A stretch of 64,000 bases of DNA. It comes from a candidate division TM6 bacterium UASB340 (GTDB lineage: Bacteria; Babelota; Babeliae; Babelales; UASB340). The position numbers and the translations under genes were made by a program. The notes under the pieces are model-generated. The model was given only the letters and a program-made list of their open reading frames with translations. It made no database searches and had not been told where the DNA came from. Where the stretch lies: positions 77,715-141,714 of the forward strand of contig LDIX01000004.1 in NCBI GenBank assembly GCA_001468925.1, given 5' to 3'. Below are positions 35,068-44,489 of the stretch, piece by piece (position 1 is the stretch's first letter; each line of letters starts with the position of its first letter).

Positions 35068-35973
35068 ATGGAAAATAAAATTTATCACAAATCAGTATTG
35101 GTAAACGAGGTTTTACAATATCTAAATCCGCAACCAAATAAAATTTATATAGATGCAACATTTGGTGGAGGTGGACACACAAATGCAATATTGGAAAAAG
35201 AACCAAATTGTAAAATTATTGCCTTAGACTGGGACAAAAATGCAATAAATAAAAATTTTCCAAAATTAAAAGAAAAATTTGGAGATAGAATAAAAGTTCT
35301 TTGGGGAAACTTTGCCAATATTAAAAAACTTTTAGAAACAGAAAAAATAGAATATGTTGATGGAATTTTGGCAGATTTTGGAACATCACAACATCAAATA
35401 GAATTTAGTGCAGGATTTTCATTCCAAAAAGACACCCCGCTTGATATGCGAATGTCTCAAGCTCATCATTATTTTAAAGCCAGCGATATTGTAAATAGAT
35501 TTCGAGAAAAAGAACTCGCCGATATAATTTTCAAATACGGCGAAGAACGATATGCAAGAAGAATTGCAAAAGCGATAGTTGAACAAAGAAAAACAACAAA
35601 ATTTGCAACCACAGGACAATTGGCAAAATTAATAGAATCAGTAGTGCCAAGACAAAAAACTTACACAAAAAAATTTTACACTCATCCGGCAACAAAAACA
35701 TTTCAAGCATTGAGAATATTTGTAAACAAAGAACTTGAAAATATAGAAATTTTTTTAAAAGATTCTTTAAATATTCTAAATGCAAACGGTAATATGGTTT
35801 GTATAAGCTTTCATTCACTTGAAGATAGAATCGTAAAAAATTTCTTTAGAGAAAATAAAAATTATCTTGAAATTCTTACAAAAAAACCAATCATTGCAAC
35901 AGACGAAGAAAGACAAAAAAATCCATCCAGTAGATCCGCAAAATTACGTGCTGTAAAAAAAAAAATTTTTTAG
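35068..35973 (+). CDS. rsmH: 16S rRNA (cytosine1402-N4)-methyltransferase RsmH/MraW
   Basis: HKSVLVNEVL...DATFGGGGHT...ADFGTSQHQ...FHSLEDRIVK...NPSSRSAKLRA. Confidence 0.93.
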   Translation: MENKIYHKSVLVNEVLQYLNPQPNKIYIDATFGGGGHTNAILEKEPNCKIIALDWDKNAINKNFPKLKEKFGDRIKVLWGNFANIKKLLETEKIEYVDGILADFGTSQHQIEFSAGFSFQKDTPLDMRMSQAHHYFKASDIVNRFREKELADIIFKYGEERYARRIAKAIVEQRKTTKFATTGQLAKLIESVVPRQKTYTKKFYTHPATKTFQALRIFVNKELENIEIFLKDSLNILNANGNMVCISFHSLEDRIVKNFFRENKNYLEILTKKPIIATDEERQKNPSSRSAKLRAVKKKIF

Positions 35974-35983
35974 AGTGTAACAG

Positions 35984-36012
35984 TTGACAAATTCAATTGC
36001 TTGTTTTAGAGT
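35984..36012 (+). promoter_or_regulatory. sigma70-type promoter for spoVG (TTGACA-N17-TAGAGT)
   Basis: TTGACA at 35984-35989 and TAGAGT at 36007-36012. The SD GAGGAA lies upstream of ATG 36062. Confidence 0.5.
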
Positions 36013-36061
36013 TACATCGTTTAGTTCAGCGTATTAGTAATTTTACGATCGAGGAAACGCA

Positions 36062-36325
36062 ATGAAAATTACCGAGGTAAAAGTATACTTGGCAAACGAA
36101 GGCAAACTTAAAGGTTATGCAACTATGGTCATTGATGGTTGTTTTATTGTAAGAGACATGAAAATTATTAAAAGCGACAACAAAGGATATTTTGTTTCAA
36201 TGCCATCACGACGCAAAAAAGACGGTACATTTAAAGATATCGTACATCCATTGGATGCAGAAACAAGAAAAACAATTGAAGAAACAATTGTGGCTGAATA
36301 TAAAAAAGCAATAGAAGAAGCTTGA
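36062..36325 (+). CDS. spoVG: SpoVG-family nucleic-acid-binding protein
   Basis: MKITEVKVYLANEGKLKGYATMVIDGCFIVRDMKIIKSDNKGYFVSMPSRRKKDGTFKDIVHP is a canonical SpoVG sequence. Confidence 0.92.
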   Translation: MKITEVKVYLANEGKLKGYATMVIDGCFIVRDMKIIKSDNKGYFVSMPSRRKKDGTFKDIVHPLDAETRKTIEETIVAEYKKAIEEA

Positions 36326-36368
36326 TATATTTGGATTTTTGATTTAATTTATTAGTGAAATTCATCGT

Positions 36369-36443
36369 TGGGGCGTAGCCAAGTGGTACGGCAGCGGGTT
36401 TTGGATCCGCCATGCGAAGGTTCGAATCCTTCCGCCCCAACCA
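36369..36443 (+). tRNA. tRNA-Gln (anticodon UUG), CCA encoded
   Basis: Manual fold: acceptor TGGGGCG/CGCCCCA with U1:A72, D-arm GCCAAGTGGTACGGC, anticodon arm GCGGG-TTTTGGA-TCCGC (anticodon TTG), T-arm GAAGG-TTCGAAT-CCTTC, then ACCA. Confidence 0.9.
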
Positions 36444-36487
36444 TCTTTTATTCAATCTCATTTTATCTTAAATTTAGAGACAATTTC

Positions 36488-37282
36488 GTGAAAATATCAA
36501 AAGATTTCGAATTTAATTTTTTTGAAACACAAGAAAGTTTTATTCACCCCACGGCCATTGTCGGCAATAATGTAAAATTTGGCAATAATGTAAAAATCGG
36601 CCCAAATTGTGTTTTAGTTGGAGATATTTTTATTGCTGACAATACAATAATTTATCCAAATGTAACAATTGGAATGCCGGCACAAAATCTGGATACCGTA
36701 AAAAGTTTGGGTTCAATTCGGATTGGGAAAAATTGCCGCATAAGAGAATTTGCAAGTATTGGCGCTTCAAAAATAGAAACCGGACAAACCATAATAGGTG
36801 ATAATTGCTATATAATGTCATACTGCCATATTGCACACGATGTAATTCTTGAAGACAATGTTGTTATGATAAATAATGTAAATCTTGGCGGACACGTACA
36901 TGTTGAAAAAAATGCTTTTCTAATGGCAAATAGTGCCGCACACCAGTTTTGTCGAATTGGCCAATATACATCACTTGCACCCTATAGTGCAATTAGGCAA
37001 GATCTTCCACCATTTGGCATGTTTTCCGGGTTGCCTGCAAAATATTTTGGGTTAAATTTGGTTGCACTTAAACGCAATAGTTTTTCAAAAGAATCCATAA
37101 ATAATATAAAACATGTTGCAAAGCTCTTTTTTCAAGATAAATTATTGCTTGAAGATATAGAGATTTTGGCCAAAAATGAGCCGATTTGGGGTTTAGATAT
37201 TCATGTACAAAGTTTTTTAAATTTCATAAAAAATAGTTCTCGCGGTGTATCCAAAAAATGCGCTACCGATATTGAGGGGTAA
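36488..37282 (+). CDS. lpxA: Acyl-ACP--UDP-N-acetylglucosamine O-acyltransferase
   Basis: IHPTAIVGNNVKFGNNVKIGPNCVL hexapeptide repeats, HIAHDVILEDN, AAHQFCRIG, GLNLVALKRNSFS. Start set at GTG 36488 because the track ORF start overlaps the tRNA; the exact start is uncertain. Confidence 0.85.
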   Translation: MKISKDFEFNFFETQESFIHPTAIVGNNVKFGNNVKIGPNCVLVGDIFIADNTIIYPNVTIGMPAQNLDTVKSLGSIRIGKNCRIREFASIGASKIETGQTIIGDNCYIMSYCHIAHDVILEDNVVMINNVNLGGHVHVEKNAFLMANSAAHQFCRIGQYTSLAPYSAIRQDLPPFGMFSGLPAKYFGLNLVALKRNSFSKESINNIKHVAKLFFQDKLLLEDIEILAKNEPIWGLDIHVQSFLNFIKNSSRGVSKKCATDIEG

Positions 37283-37283
37283 A

Positions 37284-38222
37284 ATGGTAAAAATTGGAAT
37301 AATTGGCCTTGGGCATATGGGAAATTATCATGCATCGGCGTGCACATTGGCCCAAAATATTAAATTAGTGGCTGTTGCAGATCCAAATGAAGAAAATTTT
37401 AAGAAAATAAAAACGGATAATATTATAAAATCAATAAATTATAAAGATTGGATAGATATGGTTGATGCTGTAATTATAGCAGTACCAACAGAATATCATC
37501 ATCAAATAGCAAAAGATTGTTTGCAAAAAAATAAACATGTGCTGGTTGAAAAACCAATAACAAAAACACTTGATCAAGCTATAGAATTATTTCAAATTGC
37601 AGAAGAAAAAAATTTGGCCTTGCATATTGGTCATGTTGAAAGATTTAATGGTGCAGTTCAAGAATTAAAAAAAATTATTAACGATCCTTATCTTATTGAA
37701 TGTCATCGCATTGGGCCTTTTGCAGCACGAGTGCAAAATGACAGCGTTGTTCTGGATTTGATGATACATGATATAGATTTGGTGTTAAATATAGTAAATT
37801 CAAAAATATCAACATCAGAAATAATTTCCAGAAAAATAAAATCTAATTTAGCAGATATTGCCGTGGCACAAGTTAAGTTTGAAAATGGAGTTCTTGCAAA
37901 TATAACCTCAAGCCGTTCCTCTCAGATAAAAGAAAGAACAATGTGCATTCATCAAAAGGACGCTTTCATTAAATTGGATTTTACAACTCAAGATATTTTC
38001 ATACACAGACATACAAGTGATAGTGTAATTGTTGGAAATAATCAATTACAATATAAACAAGAAGCTATGATAGAACGTCTTTTTGTATTTAAAGACAATC
38101 CTTTAAAACAAGAAATAGAATATTTTGCAAATTCAATAAAATCCGGCAAACAACTTAATAATGCAAAAAACGATATTGCAGCGCTAGAATTAACATTAAA
38201 ATTGGATAGTTTGGTAAAATGA
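37284..38222 (+). CDS. Gfo/Idh/MocA-family NAD(P)-dependent oxidoreductase (possible UDP-GlcNAc 3-dehydrogenase, GnnA-like)
   Basis: MVKIGIIGLGHMGNYH Rossmann motif and VLVEKPIT. ATG 37284 follows GAGGGG. Embedded between lpxA and lpxI. Confidence 0.7.
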   Translation: MVKIGIIGLGHMGNYHASACTLAQNIKLVAVADPNEENFKKIKTDNIIKSINYKDWIDMVDAVIIAVPTEYHHQIAKDCLQKNKHVLVEKPITKTLDQAIELFQIAEEKNLALHIGHVERFNGAVQELKKIINDPYLIECHRIGPFAARVQNDSVVLDLMIHDIDLVLNIVNSKISTSEIISRKIKSNLADIAVAQVKFENGVLANITSSRSSQIKERTMCIHQKDAFIKLDFTTQDIFIHRHTSDSVIVGNNQLQYKQEAMIERLFVFKDNPLKQEIEYFANSIKSGKQLNNAKNDIAALELTLKLDSLVK

Positions 38223-39025
38223 TTGCCATAATAGCCGGAACCGGACACCTACCATTAGATGCAGCAAAAGCCCTTTTAGAACAAAAAAAAATTTTTATTG
38301 TGATTTGTTTATTTCCAAATGACAATAAAGAGATCTTAGAGCAAACACTTTCGGAAAAAAATATAAAAATTATTTCTCAAGAATTTTATAAAGCCGGAAC
38401 AATTTTATCTTTACTACAAGAAAATTTTGTAACTGAAGTTTTATTTATAGGCAAAGTTGATAAAAGTAATTTATTTAGAAATCTAAAACTTGACTGGCTT
38501 TGTGTTAAAACTTTGGCAAAAGCAGCTACAAAAAGTGATCAAACATTAATGGAAGCCATCATAAATACGGTTCAAGATTATGGAATAACTGTTTTAAAAC
38601 AAAGCGATATTTTGAAAAATTTATTTGTAAAACCCGGTGTTTTATGTGGAAAACTAACGCAAGAAATTGAAGAAGATGTAAATTTTGGTCTTAATGTAGC
38701 AGATAAACTTTCATTAATAGATATTGGCCAAACCGTAGTTGTTAAAAACAAAATGATAATTGCAGTAGAAGCAATTGAAGGCACTGATAACTGTATAAAA
38801 AAAGCTATTGAATTTGGTCATGATAATCTTATAATTTGTAAAACGGCGCATAAAGATCAAAACCAAAAATATGATCTACCAACCCTTGGGCCCAAAACTT
38901 TGGAAAATATTAAAGCAGGTCAGGTTAAGGCTATAGCATGGCATTCGGATAAAACTTTTATTTCCAATTTTGACCAATTTGTAAGATTGGCCAAAAATCT
39001 AAATATCACACTTATTTCGGTTTAA
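38219..39025 (+). CDS. lpxI: UDP-2,3-diacylglucosamine pyrophosphatase LpxI (DUF1009 family)
   Basis: MIAIIAGTGHLPLDAAKAL, GKVDK, DIGQTVVVKNKMIIAVEAIEGTDNCIKKA. Confidence 0.8.
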   Translation: MIAIIAGTGHLPLDAAKALLEQKKIFIVICLFPNDNKEILEQTLSEKNIKIISQEFYKAGTILSLLQENFVTEVLFIGKVDKSNLFRNLKLDWLCVKTLAKAATKSDQTLMEAIINTVQDYGITVLKQSDILKNLFVKPGVLCGKLTQEIEEDVNFGLNVADKLSLIDIGQTVVVKNKMIIAVEAIEGTDNCIKKAIEFGHDNLIICKTAHKDQNQKYDLPTLGPKTLENIKAGQVKAIAWHSDKTFISNFDQFVRLAKNLNITLISV

Positions 39026-39043
39026 TTCATATGGGCGATAATA

Positions 39044-39739
39044 TTACGCCTTTGGCATATAAAACTGATTTCCAACATCGATACCCATTAAAGAAACAGC
39101 ATTTTTATATCCGCCATTAAAAAACCATTCACGACCCTGCCAAATTTTTATTAATTTTGTTTTATAAGGATGCAAAGATTTTACATGTTGGTATTGTGTA
39201 AAAGAAAGTTCTTTTAATGCCTTTTTTGTACTACCATTCATTTTTTCTAAAACCCATAAAGCTGCGGCTTCACCCGTTCTGTCTCTACCGGATTTGCAAT
39301 GAATAAGAATTGGTCTTTGGGCATTGTCATACATATATAAAAGTTTTGATAATTTTTTCTGGGTTGGAAATTTATCGGCACTCATTCTGATATTACAAAA
39401 TTTTACACCCATAGATTCAGTTACCATTTTTTCATCTTGCCACCAAGATTGATCTTTATTTGTACCTCTTAAATTAATGACTGTTTTTATACCATGTTTA
39501 TTTATTAATTTTGCCAAATCAATAGAATTTAACTGTCCGGATCTGTAAAGATTACCTTTATCAACAACACCCTCGTTATTAACTTTATGTTTTACAGCAT
39601 TAACAATAGTTTTTGGAAAAGATGTTATTTTTTTTATCTTATTTTTAAGTTTTTTATGACCCGAATAAACATCGCCTGAAACAATAAAAAGATTGGCAAC
39701 AAAGATAATTAATATCTTGTTAGTATTTTTAAAAAACAT
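39044..39739 (-). CDS. Secreted Cys-based (CX5R) protein tyrosine / dual-specificity phosphatase-family protein
   Basis: Active-site loop LIHCKSGRDRTGEAAA. Signal-like MFFKNTNKILIIFVANLFIVSG. I prefer ATG 39739, which is preceded by a G7 tract; the track's TTG 39757 would put that tract in-frame. Confidence 0.7.
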   Translation of the reverse strand: MFFKNTNKILIIFVANLFIVSGDVYSGHKKLKNKIKKITSFPKTIVNAVKHKVNNEGVVDKGNLYRSGQLNSIDLAKLINKHGIKTVINLRGTNKDQSWWQDEKMVTESMGVKFCNIRMSADKFPTQKKLSKLLYMYDNAQRPILIHCKSGRDRTGEAAALWVLEKMNGSTKKALKELSFTQYQHVKSLHPYKTKLIKIWQGREWFFNGGYKNAVSLMGIDVGNQFYMPKA

Positions 39740-39846
39740 AAAAAGCCCCCCCGGCAATTTTGAATTATAACCTTCATTTAATACTTTATTATCGCAATTA
39801 AACGAATGTTACTCAAACGCCAGGAGGCTTTTCTATTTGAAATTTA

Positions 39847-42291
39847 TCAAGCTAATAAGATATTTTTGCCATTTTCATAAAATGCTCGCTCAGCCAAGCT
39901 ACGGCCTGCAATTCCGCCAAAAACTTCTCCAAATTTTTTTGCTATTGCAGAAGAAATTGAATCCATAATTCTATCTGAAAAGAAATTTAAACGTTCCTGT
40001 GTAATCTGATTGCTTAGAAACTCTTTTTCAAATTGAGCCAATTCTAATTCGGTAAAAGTTCCCGATTTTACAAGTGATGCAAAAAAGTATTGCTGCAGTT
40101 GGTCGCCACCCGGTAAATCATTTTTCATAAAAAGATATGGCACATTATCTTTTACCATACTTTTCATTATAAATAATTTTTGGTCCGGTTTACTTAAATT
40201 TTTAAACTCAGATTTTCCGGTAAGTTCTTCAGTTTCCAACATATTTTTAATATTTGAATCAAATACATCGTGTATCAAAGCATCTGCCAATACTAAAGCA
40301 AGTCTTGATAATATATAATTAAATTGTTTTTTAAGGCCAAGAGCTATTCTTTTACCAATATATGAACCAATATTTACCGAAACATATCCCATGCACCTAT
40401 TGGTCCAATACTCTTTATCTGTAATTTGAGCATAATTTTTATTGCCAATATAATAGATCGAGTCTGAGCCGGTCAAAAAATCCAATCCTGTACCAATGGG
40501 GTTAAAAAAGTATTTGCTAAATTGCCATTCTTTATCTATCAATGGTATATATTCCTGACCAAAAACCGTATTTTTATCTATATTTGCCACTTTTTTCAAA
40601 TTATTATTTTCAAAGGCTTTAGCCACACCTATTGGAACAAAAGTATTAACTGCAAATCTGATTAATTTAGGACTGATTAGTCCAAGTGTTTTATTTTCTA
40701 TTGCATCTAACGTTTTGTAATCAACTTTTGAATAAATTTGGTGCTCAAGATAATCAGCAAAAGAGATATAACCATCTTTTATGGAAAACCAAACAGCACT
40801 ATTTATATTTCTTCTTATATTTTTATTAGACCAAAAACTTAGATAATCAATATGCTTATTATCGTCCATTCGAATTTTTTGCATCGAATTATTTTTATTA
40901 TCGTGCCAGAGATAACCACAAATATATGCATCATAAACATATGCAGAGCCAACCCTGAAAAAAGTTCGCATAAACCAATTTTGTTTATCAACTAAAAAAT
41001 TTGGGTCTAAATAAAATCCAAATGCATCGGATTGTATTTTTTTAAATGCATTGGCAACATCAATTTTTCCTGCTCTAACATCAGAAATTATTTTTAAAAG
41101 ATATACCGGGAAAAAAAGTGAACTTATTGCACTATCGCCTAAAAGTAATTTAAATAAATATTTTTTATTATCTTTATTATCTTGATTATCTTGCAAATAA
41201 TAATTTAAAAACTTTTTATAAAATCCATATGAAAATAGTATGGCAGGAGCAAATTTTGCAACATCATCGGCACCGTGTAAAATTTTATTTACAGCAGTTC
41301 CAACAGGACCGGCTTGAGCCAACATAAACGAGGTTGAATCAAAATTACCTTTATTATCTATTGCAAAAACAAACGGCTTAAATTCTTGAAATATCTGATC
41401 TCTCCAATAAATTGCCGCTTCAACTTTTTCTTTATCCAACTTATTTGATTTTATGAACTTATCAAGATTCGAAACAACCTTTTTTAAAGCAGCTTTAAAT
41501 CTTAGATTTTCATTTTTAATATACAAAGCCAAAGCGTCAAACATTTCAGGAAATTTACCTAAAGATAATAGTTTTACGATTTCTTTTAAACTATTAAATT
41601 TATGTAAGTTATATTTTTCCAATTTATTTTTAATATCAGGCAAAATATTTTCTAAAGATTCTAAAATATTTTTAAGCTCTTTTTTAGTTACATCGTCCAA
41701 TTGATTATTTTGAATTTTTAAAATAAAAGCTTGATCTAAAATTATTTCCTGAATTTTATCAGTAACACTTACAAAGAGTTCAGTTTGAATTACAAGCTTT
41801 AAATCATTTAATAAACCAATTATTGGAAATAATGGATTTGAAGCCGGAATAAAATTAAATATTCGAGCCATCGTATTACCGCTAAGTTGCCATGTTGCCA
41901 TTACTTCAGTCTTAAGTTCATCTGGAAATTGATCTGCCATAGCTGCAGGATTTTTGAAAAATTTTACCAAATCGATATTTGAAGACAAAATATCGCCATT
42001 ATTGTCACTATTTTCCGGCTCTTTATCAAGATTATTTAAAATATCATCTTGAATTTCACTTGGGTCAAACTCGTTTGAATCGAGATTATCAAATTGCTCT
42101 AAAAATTTATCTAAAGCCGCGGTGTCATTTGATTGTTGTTCCTGCGCTAAACGGGTTACACAATTATTTTCGCTTATAGGTGTGATTATTTTTACACAAT
42201 TTCTATTTTCAGGACTTTTTGCAAAAGAAATATTTTCTATAAAAGATACGAATATTAAGAAATAAAAAAATATTTTTTTTAAATTAATCAT
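39847..42291 (-). CDS. Hypothetical large secreted protein (814 aa)
   Basis: Signal peptide MINLKKIFFYFLIFVSFIENISFA, then an acidic N-terminal region. No motif I recognise. Confidence 0.55.
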   Translation of the reverse strand: MINLKKIFFYFLIFVSFIENISFAKSPENRNCVKIITPISENNCVTRLAQEQQSNDTAALDKFLEQFDNLDSNEFDPSEIQDDILNNLDKEPENSDNNGDILSSNIDLVKFFKNPAAMADQFPDELKTEVMATWQLSGNTMARIFNFIPASNPLFPIIGLLNDLKLVIQTELFVSVTDKIQEIILDQAFILKIQNNQLDDVTKKELKNILESLENILPDIKNKLEKYNLHKFNSLKEIVKLLSLGKFPEMFDALALYIKNENLRFKAALKKVVSNLDKFIKSNKLDKEKVEAAIYWRDQIFQEFKPFVFAIDNKGNFDSTSFMLAQAGPVGTAVNKILHGADDVAKFAPAILFSYGFYKKFLNYYLQDNQDNKDNKKYLFKLLLGDSAISSLFFPVYLLKIISDVRAGKIDVANAFKKIQSDAFGFYLDPNFLVDKQNWFMRTFFRVGSAYVYDAYICGYLWHDNKNNSMQKIRMDDNKHIDYLSFWSNKNIRRNINSAVWFSIKDGYISFADYLEHQIYSKVDYKTLDAIENKTLGLISPKLIRFAVNTFVPIGVAKAFENNNLKKVANIDKNTVFGQEYIPLIDKEWQFSKYFFNPIGTGLDFLTGSDSIYYIGNKNYAQITDKEYWTNRCMGYVSVNIGSYIGKRIALGLKKQFNYILSRLALVLADALIHDVFDSNIKNMLETEELTGKSEFKNLSKPDQKLFIMKSMVKDNVPYLFMKNDLPGGDQLQQYFFASLVKSGTFTELELAQFEKEFLSNQITQERLNFFSDRIMDSISSAIAKKFGEVFGGIAGRSLAERAFYENGKNILLA

Positions 42292-42382
42292 CTTATAATA
42301 AATCCCTAAAAGATCTTAGCCCCAAATATGTTTATATAACTTTTTAAGAGATTTATTATGTCATTATCGATAAATTTGTCAA

Positions 42383-42408
42383 ACAAAAAAGGCACGGTTT
42401 CCCGTGCC
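42383..42408 (-). terminator. Rho-independent terminator after the 42435 gene
   Basis: GGCACGG-TTTC-CCGTGCC. On the minus strand it is followed by T6 (complement of 42385-42390). Confidence 0.8.
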
Positions 42409-42434
42409 ATTCTTGTTTATTTTAAAACATCAGA

Positions 42435-43181
42435 TTAATAATTAACAGTTACCGTATTTGCTCCGGTCACTTTCTTTAAATCTGATACATATTCAGATGT
42501 TGGTTTTACAGTTTTTTTATTAACTTCTGAATCAAGTATTTTTGTAACTTTTTCAAGTTCAGTTAATTGTGCTTTCTTATTGTTATAACCTTCAGCATTA
42601 TTAACGTTTGTAATTTGTAATTCAACTAAATTTGTTTTGCCGCTACGAAGTTTTTTTCTTGCTTCAGATAATTGATAATTTGGATCATTGATCAAGCCTT
42701 CATTATGCTTTCTTTCAATATAACCTAAAACGCCCTTATATATCTTTGCAAAAGAATATGCCGGAAATGCCAATTTAAGAGCTGTAAATACTGCAGGTAA
42801 ATATTTCATATTACCAATACCAAAGTATGGTATTAAAGATGTTAGCGAGTATATTCCATACAAAAATCCACCACCAACTACAGAAGCCGGAATAGCAGAC
42901 GCCAAATATCTTTTTGTCCAAAGATAATTATTAATTTTTTTAGGTGTATCTTTAACAAATTTAACTGTTGCATCAATCTTATTATTTACATTATTTAATC
43001 CATTATCTACAGCCGCCACACCTCTACCAACAAGTTTAAAACCGGCTACCGATCCATTCCAAATTGATTTTAATAAACCAGGTTGCTCATTCTTTTGTTC
43101 ATCTACAATTTGCATAGCATATGAATTTTGGTTTGAACTAAGCGCAAATATTAATAAAAGTATACTTAGTGATTTTTTCAT
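42435..43181 (-). CDS. Hypothetical secreted/membrane protein
   Basis: 248 aa. Signal peptide MKKSLSILLLIFALSSNQNSYA and central hydrophobic segments. Confidence 0.5.
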   Translation of the reverse strand: MKKSLSILLLIFALSSNQNSYAMQIVDEQKNEQPGLLKSIWNGSVAGFKLVGRGVAAVDNGLNNVNNKIDATVKFVKDTPKKINNYLWTKRYLASAIPASVVGGGFLYGIYSLTSLIPYFGIGNMKYLPAVFTALKLAFPAYSFAKIYKGVLGYIERKHNEGLINDPNYQLSEARKKLRSGKTNLVELQITNVNNAEGYNNKKAQLTELEKVTKILDSEVNKKTVKPTSEYVSDLKKVTGANTVTVNY

Positions 43182-43377
43182 AAGAAAACCTCCAATATTA
43201 TAAATTCACTAAAAATAACCACACATTTTAAAACCAAAACTTATAAAGTATTAAAACAATACAAGTTTCAATTTAACTATTAAAAGAATACTAGACTTAA
43301 AATATCGAACAACCGACAGGTACTTAATACAAAAAAAACGATAAAATACTATTAAATCAAACGATTCGAGTAATAAT

Positions 43378-44481
43378 TTAATTTCTATTTGAAAAGTTGG
43401 CGATTATACCAAGCATACAAAAGATTGCAACCAGAGAACTTCCACCATAGCTAATAAATGGTAATCCAAGCCCTTTTGTGGGTAAAAGACCGCAAGAAAC
43501 CATCAAATTTATAACGGCTTGAATGGTTATAAGAACAACAAATCCAATGGTGGTAAAAAAAGCAAAATCAGATTCCATTTTTAACGCTATTCGAACGCCA
43601 AAATATAAAAACATTAAATATAAAGCGATTATAACCAAAGAACCTACAAACCCAACTTCTTCGGCAATAATTGGAAAAATAAAATCGGTATGTTGCATAG
43701 GAAGATAGAAAAACTTTTGAGAAGAATTGGAAATTCCAACGCCCCAAAATTTACCACATCCTATAGCTATAAGTGATTGAATAATTTGAAAACCGCTACC
43801 TTTAGGATCAGCCCACGGATTTAAAAAGATTAAAATTCTGTTTAATCTATATGATTTTGAATAAATTAAATAAATAATTGCCGGAATTGATAATAAAACC
43901 GTAGAAAATAGATGTATCATATTAAAATTTGCAATAAAAAACAAAACCAATGCTGTAGAAAATATAGTTATAACCGATCCAAAATCCGGTTGTTTTAATA
44001 AAATTAAAAAAGTAATACCCAAAATTATTAAAAACGGCAAATAACTATGAACTAAAGATTTTACCTTTTTTTTCTTTTTTTCTATAAAATACCCTATATA
44101 TAAAAATAAAAATAATTTTAAAAATTCACTTGGTTGCAAACTAAAGTTTCCCAAAGTCAACCATCTGGATGAACCATGCAACTTAAGCCCCATATTTGAA
44201 ACCAAAGTTAATGTAGTCAGAATCAATGATAAGAAAAATAATAACGGCGTAAATTTTTTCAAACTATTTTGCGGCACAGCGGCAAAAATAAAAAAACTTA
44301 TAATAGCCGGAACCAAATACAATAATTGTTTTTTAATAAAATAAAATGAAGATCCAAATTTTTCAAAAGCATATACGGAACTGGAAGAATATATAAAAAT
44401 AAAACCTATTAAAGTTAATGCCAAAACTATAATTAACAGAAATCTCAAATCTTTTTTTACTTCGTTATGATCATATTCCAT
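43378..44481 (-). CDS. ftsW: SEDS-family peptidoglycan glycosyltransferase FtsW
   Basis: 367 aa, about 10 TM segments. SLQPSEFLK, PDFGS, LPTKGLGLPFISYGGSS. Lies immediately downstream of murD. Confidence 0.85.
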   Translation of the reverse strand: MEYDHNEVKKDLRFLLIIVLALTLIGFIFIYSSSSVYAFEKFGSSFYFIKKQLLYLVPAIISFFIFAAVPQNSLKKFTPLLFFLSLILTTLTLVSNMGLKLHGSSRWLTLGNFSLQPSEFLKLFLFLYIGYFIEKKKKKVKSLVHSYLPFLIILGITFLILLKQPDFGSVITIFSTALVLFFIANFNMIHLFSTVLLSIPAIIYLIYSKSYRLNRILIFLNPWADPKGSGFQIIQSLIAIGCGKFWGVGISNSSQKFFYLPMQHTDFIFPIIAEEVGFVGSLVIIALYLMFLYFGVRIALKMESDFAFFTTIGFVVLITIQAVINLMVSCGLLPTKGLGLPFISYGGSSLVAIFCMLGIIANFSNRN

Positions 44482-44489
44482 AAATATTT

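Noticed and set aside
36368-36487. N-terminal 40 codons of the track ORF 36368..37282
   Set aside because: They are the translation of tRNA-Gln (36369-36443) and its 3' flank. LpxA homology begins only around VKISKDF, so the CDS was shortened to 36488.
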